Shown here one piece after another: positions 39,154 to 46,835 of a stretch of DNA of 64,000 bases (position 1 is the first letter of the stretch; every line of letters starts with the position of its first letter). The stretch lies in IMG/VR virus record IMGVR_UViG_3300035701_000001; one strand, 5' to 3'. A program made the position numbers and the translations under genes. This DNA is from a virus. The notes under the pieces were generated by a model that was not told the DNA's origin, did no database searches, and worked only from the letters and a program-made list of their open reading frames with translations.

Positions 39154-39894
39154 TTATGGCTTGTAGCGCGGATCTCCGGGTTCGAGGTTCTTTGTCCAGC
39201 CGGGGAAGAAGGTGTCCAGCATCTCCTCGATGGTTCCGAAGGAGAGGGGGATCATCGTCTCGCTGTAGCCTGAATGGCTTGCGGTCTCGGGGATGGTCCG
39301 GCCCCAGGACAACAGGACATTCCCCATGGGTTTTCCCGGTGCGACATGACGGGAGAAGGTTCCTCTCCAGCACAGGTAGGGCTGTTCCGGTTCACAGTCC
39401 TTCCACATGTCGACCAGGCGCTGGACGAGGTGGACCGGCTGGATACGGAGGAGGAGTTCCCATTCGAAGCGCCGAGCATACCGGATGCACAAGCTCCAGT
39501 ATTCCTCATAGACAGGTCGTGTCCGTTCTTTGGTCTTGAACAACCCCCAAGCCGGGGAGGCCTTGTCGTTCATGTCGATGGCACGAGGAATCGACAGGGG
39601 GCGAATCCGACCGGACCCGAACGCGTAGCAGGGAGACCAGGACTCGGGTACCGAAAAATACTCGGGAATGGGAAGGGTTGGGTCTTGCTGGTAGGGGAGC
39701 ATCCGGCTGCGGATCTGGAGGAGCATGGGCTTGGTCACGAACCAGATGCCGAGTTCGAATCCCATGGCGAACATCCCGAAGGGAACGGGGATCCCCTCAG
39801 GAAGATCGTTGAGTGGTCGGATCGTTGGATCTTTCTGTGGAGTCTCGGAGGCGAGCGCGAGACCCAGCGTCAGCAAGGACAGGGTTCCGATCAT
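39154..39894 (-). CDS. hypothetical protein with signal peptide
   Basis: MIGTLSLLTLGLALASE leader; weak similarity to 44819-45760. Confidence 0.7.
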   Translation of the reverse strand: MIGTLSLLTLGLALASETPQKDPTIRPLNDLPEGIPVPFGMFAMGFELGIWFVTKPMLLQIRSRMLPYQQDPTLPIPEYFSVPESWSPCYAFGSGRIRPLSIPRAIDMNDKASPAWGLFKTKERTRPVYEEYWSLCIRYARRFEWELLLRIQPVHLVQRLVDMWKDCEPEQPYLCWRGTFSRHVAPGKPMGNVLLSWGRTIPETASHSGYSETMIPLSFGTIEEMLDTFFPGWTKNLEPGDPRYKP

Positions 39895-40673
39895 GGCGGT
39901 GTTTCCGGAAGCAGGAACCAGTCCATGAAGGTGCCCTTTCGGGCAGCGGAATGCCAGTCGAAAGCATCCAGAAATACGACAAGGGGTGCAAAGGAGGGCC
40001 GTGAGCCGAACTCTGATGGATGTTCATCGAGAAATGCCTTCAAATTCTCGTCCGTCTCGTAGAAATACTCCTTGCATTCCAGGATGTCTCCCCCTATATC
40101 GGAGGGGTTTCCATTGTGGAAGACGATTCCATAGGTATCGAGTTCCGTGGGAATCTGATGGAGCAGTCGTTTCATGAACTGAGCGGGACTCTTCCGGAAA
40201 GGTTTCAGGTCGACCTGCCAAGGATGGAGCGAAACAACAGGAAAATTTCGGACGTCCAGGGGGTCGAGTGGAAAAGAGGGGTCCAGGTCGATGGACCGGA
40301 TGGCGATGGGATCTCCTCCCAGGTAGACGGTTGAAACCCCGAAGCAGGTTTTTCCCCGTTTCCAGGAATTCGATCTGTCGATAGCTCGCTTGGGGTCAAA
40401 GCAATCCCATCCGGTGAGAGACCTTCCTGCCTGTCGAAGGAAAGGAATGGCTTTCTTCCGGGTAAGTTCTGGATGTCCTTTCATGATACCGGAAGGTAGG
40501 AAATCGGATTCAGGTGCTGTTAGGTGTACGAGGAGGGGGTCGATGCGCCCCTCGGGGCCAAGCCGGAAGACGGGGACCCAGATGGAGAGGGTGGAGCGGG
40601 ATGGGGAAGGGGCCGTCGCCGGGTCTGTCCCCAGTGCAACCGAGAGTGTGGCGAAGGCGAGGGGCCAGATCAT
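39891..40673 (-). CDS. hypothetical protein with signal peptide
   Basis: MIWPLAFATLSVALGTD leader; 4-nt overlap. Confidence 0.7.
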   Translation of the reverse strand: MIWPLAFATLSVALGTDPATAPSPSRSTLSIWVPVFRLGPEGRIDPLLVHLTAPESDFLPSGIMKGHPELTRKKAIPFLRQAGRSLTGWDCFDPKRAIDRSNSWKRGKTCFGVSTVYLGGDPIAIRSIDLDPSFPLDPLDVRNFPVVSLHPWQVDLKPFRKSPAQFMKRLLHQIPTELDTYGIVFHNGNPSDIGGDILECKEYFYETDENLKAFLDEHPSEFGSRPSFAPLVVFLDAFDWHSAARKGTFMDWFLLPETPP

Positions 40674-40708
40674 CGGGAGTCCTCGTCTCCTTCCTAACCC
40701 AGGTGATC

Positions 40709-40736
40709 TTGACACAGGATGTGTCGTCGTTACTTT
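40709..40736 (+). promoter_or_regulatory. promoter with operator TGACACA-N3-TGTGTCG
   Basis: TTGACA-16nt-TACTTT directly before a tRNA. Confidence 0.6.
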
Positions 40737-40744
40737 GTCCATGC

Positions 40745-40817
40745 CCCCGCGTAGCTCAGCGGTAGAGCAGCGGAATTTCAAGTCCAGCGGTCGCAGGTTC
40801 GAGCCCTGTCGCGGGGT
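40745..40817 (+). tRNA. atypical tRNA with an 8-nt anticodon loop (ATTTCAAG; UCA or UUC(A) reading)
   Basis: Acceptor CCCCGCG/CGCGGGG, D-arm GCTC/GAGC and T-arm GCAGG-TTCGAGC-CCTGT are canonical; the anticodon arm is irregular. Confidence 0.75.
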
Positions 40818-40979
40818 CTTTCCCTTGACGAGCCCATGGAATGGTCCTACGCTATGCCTATGACGACCTGGATCTTCGAGTTCACGTGAATGCGGGGCAT
40901 CTCCTCGATGCCGTGACCCTCCCGAATGGGTTGGATGAATCGGTTTCTTCCTTCCAACCCTTTTTCGAGAGAGAGTCCC

Positions 40980-41399
40980 ATGAAAAACGAACGTCTGGTC
41001 CATCTGAAGCTGAAACTGTCCTCCCTTGCCGCCGAGTCTCGGCTCATCCGGAACGAGGAGAACAAGCGCCTGAAGAAGCATCGCAAGGTGCTGGAGAAGA
41101 AGAAGCAGTCCGGAGAACTTGTCGATTCCTCCGAAGTGGCTCCTGGTTACCGGAGCTTGCACGACCATCGCACCGGAATCGTCCGGGAGACGGCGCGGCA
41201 CAACCACCTGGCCTACGGGTTCCTCCGGGAAGTCCCGTATGCGGTCATGGAATCCCGGTGCAAGGAAGAACCGGATTTTGGTCTCATCGAGAAGATCGCC
41301 CAGCGGTTTTCGACCGTATGGTCCGAGGAGATGTGGAAGACCTGGTCCGAGGAAGCACGGGGTCACCTCGCCCATCCTTCCGTTCCGGTCGCTGCCTAG
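40980..41399 (+). CDS. conserved-looking phage hypothetical protein
   Basis: LKLKLSSLAAESRLIR...LHDHR..IVR.TARHNHLAYGFLR..PY..ME pattern. Confidence 0.75.
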   Translation: MKNERLVHLKLKLSSLAAESRLIRNEENKRLKKHRKVLEKKKQSGELVDSSEVAPGYRSLHDHRTGIVRETARHNHLAYGFLREVPYAVMESRCKEEPDFGLIEKIAQRFSTVWSEEMWKTWSEEARGHLAHPSVPVAA

Positions 41400-41508
41400 A
41401 AATGCGAAGCGGCCAGGCCTTCCGGAGATGGGTGTGGAAGGCCTGGCCGTGTCGTACCGCTTGACTGCATCGGGGTCGATGGAGTGAAGGAAGTCTATCC
41501 GGGTTGTC

Positions 41509-42417
41509 CTATCCGGACCATCCGGGTGGTGCGGGGCAGTTGCCCGCCGGAAACGGATCCGGGGCCTGGATTTCCTGGGACTTCGCCTGGTCGACCGGGA
41601 TGCCGAGCGCGGCCAACCGCTCCCTCGTCCCGTAGCGGAACACGAGTTCGAGGCAGGGGGCTTCCGTTGCGCGTTCGAAGGAAATGTCCCTTGTCCGAAG
41701 CTCGGCACGGGATCCGTATCCGGTCCCGAGGTCGACCTTGGAAGGATCGAGAGAACGGGTTGATTTCGTGGCGACACCCTCTGTGTGGACCGAGTTCACG
41801 ACGGCCGAGTCCAGGTGGTTGGAGAAGCTGGCATCAATGACTTGGGACTCGGAGTCATCACAGCATGCGGCTCCTCCGTGGGAGGATTCCCTGTTGGATC
41901 CGAGGGCTAAACACCGGGTGAAAGTGAGGTGGGGTTCGGGATATTCGAGGTAAGGAAAATCCCAGGGGTAGACCCTGCGACGATAGATTGGAATCTCCCG
42001 GATGACCGGGACCTCCACGATGCGGGGAACGAAGATCGGGTCCGGTACGCGGACCTTTTCGTCGAAGACCGCCACCGCGATGACCCCGGTGTTCCGCTTG
42101 CCATGTCCCATGGCCTGGCTGTAGGAGCCCTCGTTTTCGGTGAAGGTGAACCGAGCGACTTCCTGGTCGTTCCGCCGCCAGCCGGGGATGACCATCCGCT
42201 GCCAGGGGAAGAGGACATACCCGTTGCCGTCCCGGCTCGCGGGTTTGCCGTCGAGTACGGAGAGCCCGTCGACCGAGACGACGGCCAGGCGACGGTGGGG
42301 ACTGTTGTTCACGAGAACGATCTCGTAGTCGCCCGAGGGAGGAGCCAGCACCCAGTGCTGGGCCTCGTGGAAGAGTACGGGGAGGGGAACACCGTTCTGC
42401 TGGATCTGGACTTTCAT
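41509..42417 (-). CDS. conserved hypothetical protein
   Basis: VVSVDGLSVLDG..A....GYVL...IPGWR...EVA.F.F...SY...NTGVIAVAVF. Confidence 0.8.
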   Translation of the reverse strand: MKVQIQQNGVPLPVLFHEAQHWVLAPPSGDYEIVLVNNSPHRRLAVVSVDGLSVLDGKPASRDGNGYVLFPWQRMVIPGWRRNDQEVARFTFTENEGSYSQAMGHGKRNTGVIAVAVFDEKVRVPDPIFVPRIVEVPVIREIPIYRRRVYPWDFPYLEYPEPHLTFTRCLALGSNRESSHGGAACCDDSESQVIDASFSNHLDSAVVNSVHTEGVATKSTRSLDPSKVDLGTGYGSRAELRTRDISFERATEAPCLELVFRYGTRERLAALGIPVDQAKSQEIQAPDPFPAGNCPAPPGWSG

Positions 42418-42746
42418 GGAATCACCTTGTCGGACGGGAAAGGGTTAGGGGAAAGGGAGATGTCTTCGGGAATGCAGCCCTCGCGCAATCCCCGGATCAA
42501 TTCTCGACAGGTCGTCTCCCAATCGAGGTCCTTGGACTCGAAGTGGTCGTAGAGGGAGGTGTCGAGGCGGAAGGAGAGCCGTTCGGAGAGGAATGGCTTC
42601 GTCTGGGCGTGGAGCTTTCCGTCTCGTACGGCATAGAGAAGCTCGTGCAGGACCCGAGTGGGGGTCGTCGAACGGGCCTTGGCATACGCAAACAGCCACT
42701 CCTTGTCGGAGGCGGTCACGTGAAGCTGGAGGGGCCGGGTGGGCAT
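42414..42746 (-). CDS. tandem ribbon-helix-helix-like DNA-binding protein
   Basis: PLQLHVTASDKEWL...PTRVLHELL and RLSFRLDTSLYDHF...TTCRELI. Confidence 0.55.
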   Translation of the reverse strand: MPTRPLQLHVTASDKEWLFAYAKARSTTPTRVLHELLYAVRDGKLHAQTKPFLSERLSFRLDTSLYDHFESKDLDWETTCRELIRGLREGCIPEDISLSPNPFPSDKVIP

Positions 42747-42752
42747 GCAGGG

Positions 42753-42781
42753 AGTGTATGACGTGGTGTCATACGTGTCAA
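42753..42781 (-). promoter_or_regulatory. sigma70-like promoter
   Basis: TTGACA-17nt-TACACT on the minus strand with TGACAC direct repeats. Confidence 0.7.
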
Positions 42782-42842
42782 GAGAAGAGTAGAAAAGTTT
42801 AGAAATCTGATATATAAACCAGGACAAAGCGAGGAACAGAGC

Positions 42843-43211
42843 ATGAAGAACGAGTCCGTGGGATCCAAGGATCTTTTTGAAATCGTAGATGTGGTGTTGC
42901 AGGATGGCGAAGTCCTCTCTGGGCTCGTCGATGGAAATGACAAAGTGGTAGCGGAAATCGCAATGACCAATGCCGAGGGGTGGGAAGTCGATCAGGCAGA
43001 GGTATTGACTGCCGAGTCCATGGGGTCTGATGAGATATTCTTCACTGCTTCGTTTCTTTTGATCGGTCAGCAGCGTGAAGATCGGATGGCGTGTGGTTCG
43101 AGGTTCAACGTCATGGCAGACGGCGTTGTGAAGCGGCTGGACGATTCATGGAAAATCGATCGGTTGAACGTGACGGATATTTCGTCCGATTTCGAAAACG
43201 AAGAAGTGTAG
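42843..43211 (+). CDS. acidic hypothetical protein
   Basis: GAGGA RBS; 122 aa. Confidence 0.7.
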   Translation: MKNESVGSKDLFEIVDVVLQDGEVLSGLVDGNDKVVAEIAMTNAEGWEVDQAEVLTAESMGSDEIFFTASFLLIGQQREDRMACGSRFNVMADGVVKRLDDSWKIDRLNVTDISSDFENEEV

Positions 43212-43213
43212 AT

Positions 43214-43250
43214 AAAAAAACGGGGTCGACGCCGTGAAACGTCGACCCCG
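43214..43250 (-). terminator. intrinsic terminator for minus-strand transcripts
   Basis: 11-bp stem CGGGGTCGACG/CGTCGACCCCG followed by T7 on the minus strand. Confidence 0.85.
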
Positions 43251-43303
43251 CTGGGGCGAAACGGAAACCCCGTCCCGCCTCCACCACTCTCGCCTTGAGA
43301 GAT

Positions 43304-43918
43304 CTATAAATTTGCAATTGTTATTGGATCTATGATTTTCGCAGCAATAACTTTTCTCCGCACAACAGAAAAACCGTATTTTTTTGCTGTTAGTTCTTTT
43401 TCTTGATCCAACTTTTTCTGTGTTTCACAAAAATGATACGGGCCGTCAAATTCAACCAGGATTCTTACATCCAAGAGAGCCAAGTCGAAGACATATTCTT
43501 CAATTTTGTACTCAAGTTCAAATTTTCTATTGTTGTTAACAAGTACATCTCTTATGGCAGAGTATTTCCATTTTTCTCTTCTTTTCAATGTTTCTGACGC
43601 TGTAAGTAAATTTCCTTTTTGTAGAATTCCGCCAAGTCTTTGCGAGGATCTCCGTTCTTCAGACATGCTGGATGAACTAGCGCAAGAACGAGAACAATGT
43701 CTCTTGGCTTTGTTGTGTGTGGTCGTAATGAATGTTTTGCCACATCCTGGGCATACCATGATTATCTCTTTAGATTTTCTTGGTGCATTCATGGTCAATG
43801 CGGTACATGAAAGGCTGCAAAACATTTTTCTGCCAAGTCTTTTTGATCTGTTGAATTCGCTTGCAGATTTCAAGACTTTGGCCCCACAACCATCACACTG
43901 TATTTCAACTTTCTTCAA
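43304..43918 (-). CDS. Vsr/DUF559-type (PD-(D/E)XK) endonuclease with Zn-ribbon repeats; putative freestanding homing endonuclease
   Basis: CDGCG..FCS..C and CPGCG..HCSRSC repeats; FDLAL..ILVEFDGPYH; TTG start with GGAGG RBS; AT-rich relative to flanks. Confidence 0.8.
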   Translation of the reverse strand: MKKVEIQCDGCGAKVLKSASEFNRSKRLGRKMFCSLSCTALTMNAPRKSKEIIMVCPGCGKTFITTTHNKAKRHCSRSCASSSSMSEERRSSQRLGGILQKGNLLTASETLKRREKWKYSAIRDVLVNNNRKFELEYKIEEYVFDLALLDVRILVEFDGPYHFCETQKKLDQEKELTAKKYGFSVVRRKVIAAKIIDPITIANL

Positions 43919-43935
43919 GTCAACCTCCACCGGAC

Positions 43936-43964
43936 ATTGTAGCAAAGTCCGATGGAGGTGACAA
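43936..43964 (-). promoter_or_regulatory. endonuclease promoter embedded in an RBS-sequestering hairpin
   Basis: TTGTCA(43964-59)-17nt-TACAAT(43941-36); stem ACCTCCATCGGAC/GTCCGGTGGAGGT covers GGAGG. Confidence 0.75.
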
Positions 43965-43968
43965 GAGA

Positions 43969-44630
43969 TGGAGATGGCGGGAGTCGACACATTGTTGTCG
44001 CCGTGGCTTTTTATCCTCGGCTTCTGCCCGTTTTCTTCCGGACAGGTCGGCGTACGTTTTCCCCCTCGGGTTTCCTCGGTCGGGGGCTGGAGACTCTTGG
44101 GGGGATTCTTGCTGGCATCTGTGCTCACCCCCTACGCTCTACGAGGACCTCGTGCTCGCGAAGCCCTCTCGGCGTTCCCATCTCAGGGTTCACCGATATT
44201 CCCCAGTTCTCTTCCCTGAATTACGCCAGGGAACGGGCCTTCTCTCGACCCGCGTCCAGAACCAATCGACCTCAACGTCTACGCGCGTAGCGGGTTTGGC
44301 ATTCGGTTCCCCTTGGAGTTCCCACGTCCATCGAAGTTCCTACACGGCTGATCTCCCCCGAAGGAGAGAGAATCCGGTCGTCGTCCCCCGGAAACCCCGC
44401 CATTCCATCTCAGACACGCCCAGCCAGGTGGTGATGGAAGGTGAGTCTCGGACCTTCCTGGCCGGACGGGAGCGTCCCTTTCGGGACTAGGCAGCCAGAC
44501 GGGCCGCCTCTCCGAAGTGCTTGCTGTTGTTGGCAATTACTTTTGGTTTGCCCAGTGCTTTACGAGGTTCTGGACGACCTCGGCGCGCGGTCTTGGCCTT
44601 CCTCGGCCCTGTCGAAACCGGTGCATCCCC
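43969..44630 (-). ncRNA. ssrA: tmRNA (intron-containing); tag peptide ANNSKHFGEAARLAA at 44534-44487
   Basis: 5' GGGGATGCACCGGTTTCGAC; acceptor GGGGATG/CATCTCC with G3-U70 and A73; spliced T-arm GCGGG-TTCGACT-CCCGC; tag ends in LAA-stop. Confidence 0.95.
43988..44247 (-). mobile_element. group I intron (260 nt, IA-like, no internal ORF) in the tmRNA T-loop
   Basis: P1 GCGGGU/GCCCGU with U-G at the splice site; P2 TCCCTG/CAGGGA; P3 CTGGGG/CTCCAG; P4 CGGTG/CGCCG; P7 GCGTA/TACGC; P8; P9; terminal G. Confidence 0.9.
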
Positions 44631-44721
44631 ATAGAGAAACGGGAGCCTTCGGGATGTCCCTTCGATCCAAGGAAAAAGCAGTAAGAGGCGGATCGGAAGG
44701 CTCCGGTCGATCAAAGAACGG

Positions 44722-44738
44722 TGACACAAGATGTGTCA
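44722..44738. promoter_or_regulatory. perfect operator palindrome TGACACAAGATGTGTCA
   Basis: Identical to the copy at 33612; lies between the divergent tmRNA and ORF 44819; no clear -10 box. Confidence 0.7.
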
Positions 44739-44818
44739 TGCAGAAGGTAGCGCAGGGGGAATTCCCCGTCAAGTCCCCGATGTCGCGTTCGTCGGTTAGG
44801 AGAAGACGAGGAGTCCCG

Positions 44819-45760
44819 ATGTTGGTCCCCCTGGCTCTCGCTGCGCTCGGCATGGCGGTCGCCTCTGCAGGAGAGGAGAGATCGCCTTCCGAACGAGTGC
44901 CATTTCCGGGGTTTGGACCGGAGGTACTTCTGCAGTTGATGCCGGGGTCCGCCTATTACGACATCGACAAGTGCTTCGGGCATCTGGATGGATGGTTCGT
45001 CCTGGCCTGGACGATTCCTACTTTGCTTTCGATGCGAAGTGCCGTGCGATCCCTGCTCAAGACCCCGCACATGGACATGGAGTGCCGGATCAGGTGTCCG
45101 GTTCCCATTGCCTGGTTTTTGCCGAAGGAGTCCCTGTCGGATCAGGCAAACAAGGTCCTGATGGAAATCCGGGGATATGACCTGGGCAGACACACCAAGG
45201 GTCATCCGGCTTACTTCAGGGATCGGGTTCTTCTTCTGAAGGAACTGGATGTCCTGCTCCGCCGGATCTTTGTCCCTTCGGAGCCAAACGAAGCCTTCGA
45301 GACTACATTTGGGATCGTTCAGACGGCGATAGGCCATACCCCTGTCCAAGTTCGGGAACTCGATGAGGTCAAGGAGGAGATCCGGGGGGCGTTGCTCAGT
45401 CGAGAAGAGTACGCCACTCGGATACTCAAGCCGTACTACGATTGGAGAACGCCGGACCCCAAAGAGCACAAGGAGATCCTTGTCGTCAAGTTGTGGGATT
45501 TCAAGCAGTCTTATATGAAAAAATTTCGGTATGGGGAACGCTGCGCGAATGTCAAGGTGCATTGGATCTATGAGGTAATCCAGGAACCCAAGGGGGATTT
45601 CTGGGCAGATGATTCCGTCGCCTCCTACGAGATCGACGACATGCTCGCAAGGCTCGGCTGGACTCCACCGCACCCGCGCAAGAAGAAGGACGGAGGAGAA
45701 GGAGAAGGAGGGGAAGAGGTTTCCGTAGACGATCTCATGAAATTGATTGGAAGTCATTGA
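44819..45760 (+). CDS. hypothetical protein with signal peptide
   Basis: GAGGAG RBS; MLVPLALAALGMAVAS leader. Confidence 0.75.
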   Translation: MLVPLALAALGMAVASAGEERSPSERVPFPGFGPEVLLQLMPGSAYYDIDKCFGHLDGWFVLAWTIPTLLSMRSAVRSLLKTPHMDMECRIRCPVPIAWFLPKESLSDQANKVLMEIRGYDLGRHTKGHPAYFRDRVLLLKELDVLLRRIFVPSEPNEAFETTFGIVQTAIGHTPVQVRELDEVKEEIRGALLSREEYATRILKPYYDWRTPDPKEHKEILVVKLWDFKQSYMKKFRYGERCANVKVHWIYEVIQEPKGDFWADDSVASYEIDDMLARLGWTPPHPRKKKDGGEGEGGEEVSVDDLMKLIGSH

Positions 45761-45795
45761 CAAAGCGTTGTTTTCGTTGATTCTTGTTTTTTTTG

Positions 45796-45824
45796 TTGCA
45801 CTTCTCGAAGCCCTTGGTTAGCCT
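45796..45824 (+). promoter_or_regulatory. sigma70-like promoter
   Basis: TTGCAC-17nt-TAGCCT preceded by a T-rich UP-like tract. Confidence 0.6.
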
Positions 45825-45840
45825 TTTTCCATGACTCCCC

Positions 45841-45934
45841 GCAGTTCCATCACCTTCGCCACAAGCTTCCTGCTTCCGAGTTTGTCCTCGTGGCGGAAGT
45901 ACGTTCCGGAGGTGGGCCCGTAGGGCTGGACTGC
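45841..45934 (+). ncRNA. candidate structured ncRNA
   Basis: Closing stem GCAGT(T)CC/GGACTGC with internal hairpins, between a promoter and a terminator. Confidence 0.45.
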
Positions 45935-45950
45935 TTGTCTTCCCCCCCCT

Positions 45951-45995
45951 GAAGCCCCCTCCGGAACGAAAGCCCGGAGGGGGCTTCTGGTTTTT
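45951..45995 (+). terminator. intrinsic terminator
   Basis: 14-bp stem GAAGCCCCCTCCGG/CCGGAGGGGGCTTC followed by TGGTTTTT. Confidence 0.85.
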
Positions 45996-46035
45996 CGGAT
46001 CCTTGAAATCGGGAATACGGATGGTTGTCCTGGAT

Positions 46036-46120
46036 GCGGATGTGGCGCAATCGGTAGATCGCGCGGGTCTCAAAAACCCGTGGGGGAAACCCCGTAGGAG
46101 TTCGAGTCTCCTCGTCCGCA
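46036..46120 (+). tRNA. tRNA-Leu(CAA)
   Basis: CGGGT-CTCAAAA-ACCCG, long variable arm, TTCGA T-loop. Confidence 0.92.
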
Positions 46121-46124
46121 CTTT

Positions 46125-46202
46125 GGCTGGATAGCTGAGCGTGGGACAAGCGCCTGACTGAAGATCAGGAGTACGTCGGTTCAACTCCGACTCCAGCCAC
46201 CA
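46125..46202 (+). tRNA. tRNA-Phe(GAA)
   Basis: CCTGA-CTGAAGA-TCAGG; CCA encoded. Confidence 0.92.
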
Positions 46203-46203
46203 T

Positions 46204-46291
46204 GGGAGGAAGCCAGATGTTAAATAGCTGGGGCGGGCTGTAAACCCGTTGCCTTCGGGCTGGGAGCGTTCGAATCGCTCTTCTCCCACCA
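46204..46291 (+). tRNA. tRNA-Tyr(GTA)
   Basis: GCGGG-CTGTAAA-CCCGT, variable arm, CCA. Confidence 0.92.
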
Positions 46292-46300
46292 TTTTTCTGC

Positions 46301-46388
46301 GGAAGGTGAGGCCGGGCGTGGGCTGGTCGCTGGTTGGAAGCCAGATGGCATCTTCGGATGTGCGGTTCGATTCCGCCGCCTTCCGCCA
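46301..46388 (+). tRNA. tRNA-Ser(GGA)
   Basis: CTGG-TTGGAAG-CCAG, variable arm GCATC-TTCG-GATGT, G73, CCA. Confidence 0.85.
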
Positions 46389-46395
46389 TTTTTTT

Positions 46396-46472
46396 GGGAT
46401 GTTAGCTCAGTAGAGTAGAGCCCCCGACTCTTAATCGGGCGGTCGTCGGTTCAAGCCCGACACATCCCACCA
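46396..46472 (+). tRNA. tRNA-Lys(CTT)
   Basis: CCCGA-CTCTTAA-TCGGG; CCA. Confidence 0.93.
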
Positions 46473-46478
46473 CTTTTT

Positions 46479-46561
46479 GCTCGGATGGTGGAACGCTAGA
46501 CACGCGGCGCTTAGAACGCCGTGGCCGAAAGGCTGTGCGGGTTGAATTCCCGCTCCGAGTA
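46479..46561 (+). tRNA. tRNA-Leu(TAG)
   Basis: CGGCG-CTTAGAA-CGCCG; variable arm. Confidence 0.9.
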
Positions 46562-46568
46562 CTCTTTT

Positions 46569-46656
46569 GGGGGCGTGGTGGAATTTTGGTAGACACCATA
46601 GGCCGAGGACCTATGGGGGCGTAAGCCCCGTGCCGATTCGACTTCGGCCGTCCCCA
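46569..46656 (+). tRNA. tRNA-Leu(GAG), C33
   Basis: ATAGG-CCGAGGA-CCTAT; variable arm. Confidence 0.88.
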
Positions 46657-46663
46657 CTCATTT

Positions 46664-46751
46664 GCACGCGTGATGGAAACCAGGAAGACATCCGAGGCTC
46701 AGAACCTCGGGAGACGAAAGTCTCGTGCCGGTTCGATCCCGGCCGCGTGCA
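46664..46751 (+). tRNA. tRNA-Leu(CAG)
   Basis: CGAGG-CTCAGAA-CCTCG; variable arm. Confidence 0.92.
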
Positions 46752-46761
46752 CTCGTTTGTT

Positions 46762-46835
46762 AGGCACCGTGCGCTGGGACACACCCAGGATTCCAAATCC
46801 AGGGGGGCCCGGATCATCACCGGGGGTGCCTGCCA
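46762..46835 (+). tRNA. tRNA-Trp(CCA), divergent D- and T-loops
   Basis: Acceptor AGGCACC/GGTGCCT, G73, CCA; GGA-TTCCAAA-TCC; T-loop ATCATCA. Confidence 0.7.

Noticed and set aside
43919-44128. 70-aa N-terminal extension of the endonuclease starting inside the intron
   Set aside because: It overlaps the intron core and the tmRNA 3' exon. The TTG at 43918 has its own RBS and promoter, and the composition shift starts there.
45905-45925. T-box antiterminator (GGTGGGCCCG) in the leader before the tRNA array
   Set aside because: Only a loose match to GGTGGNACCGCG, with no Stem I or specifier features.
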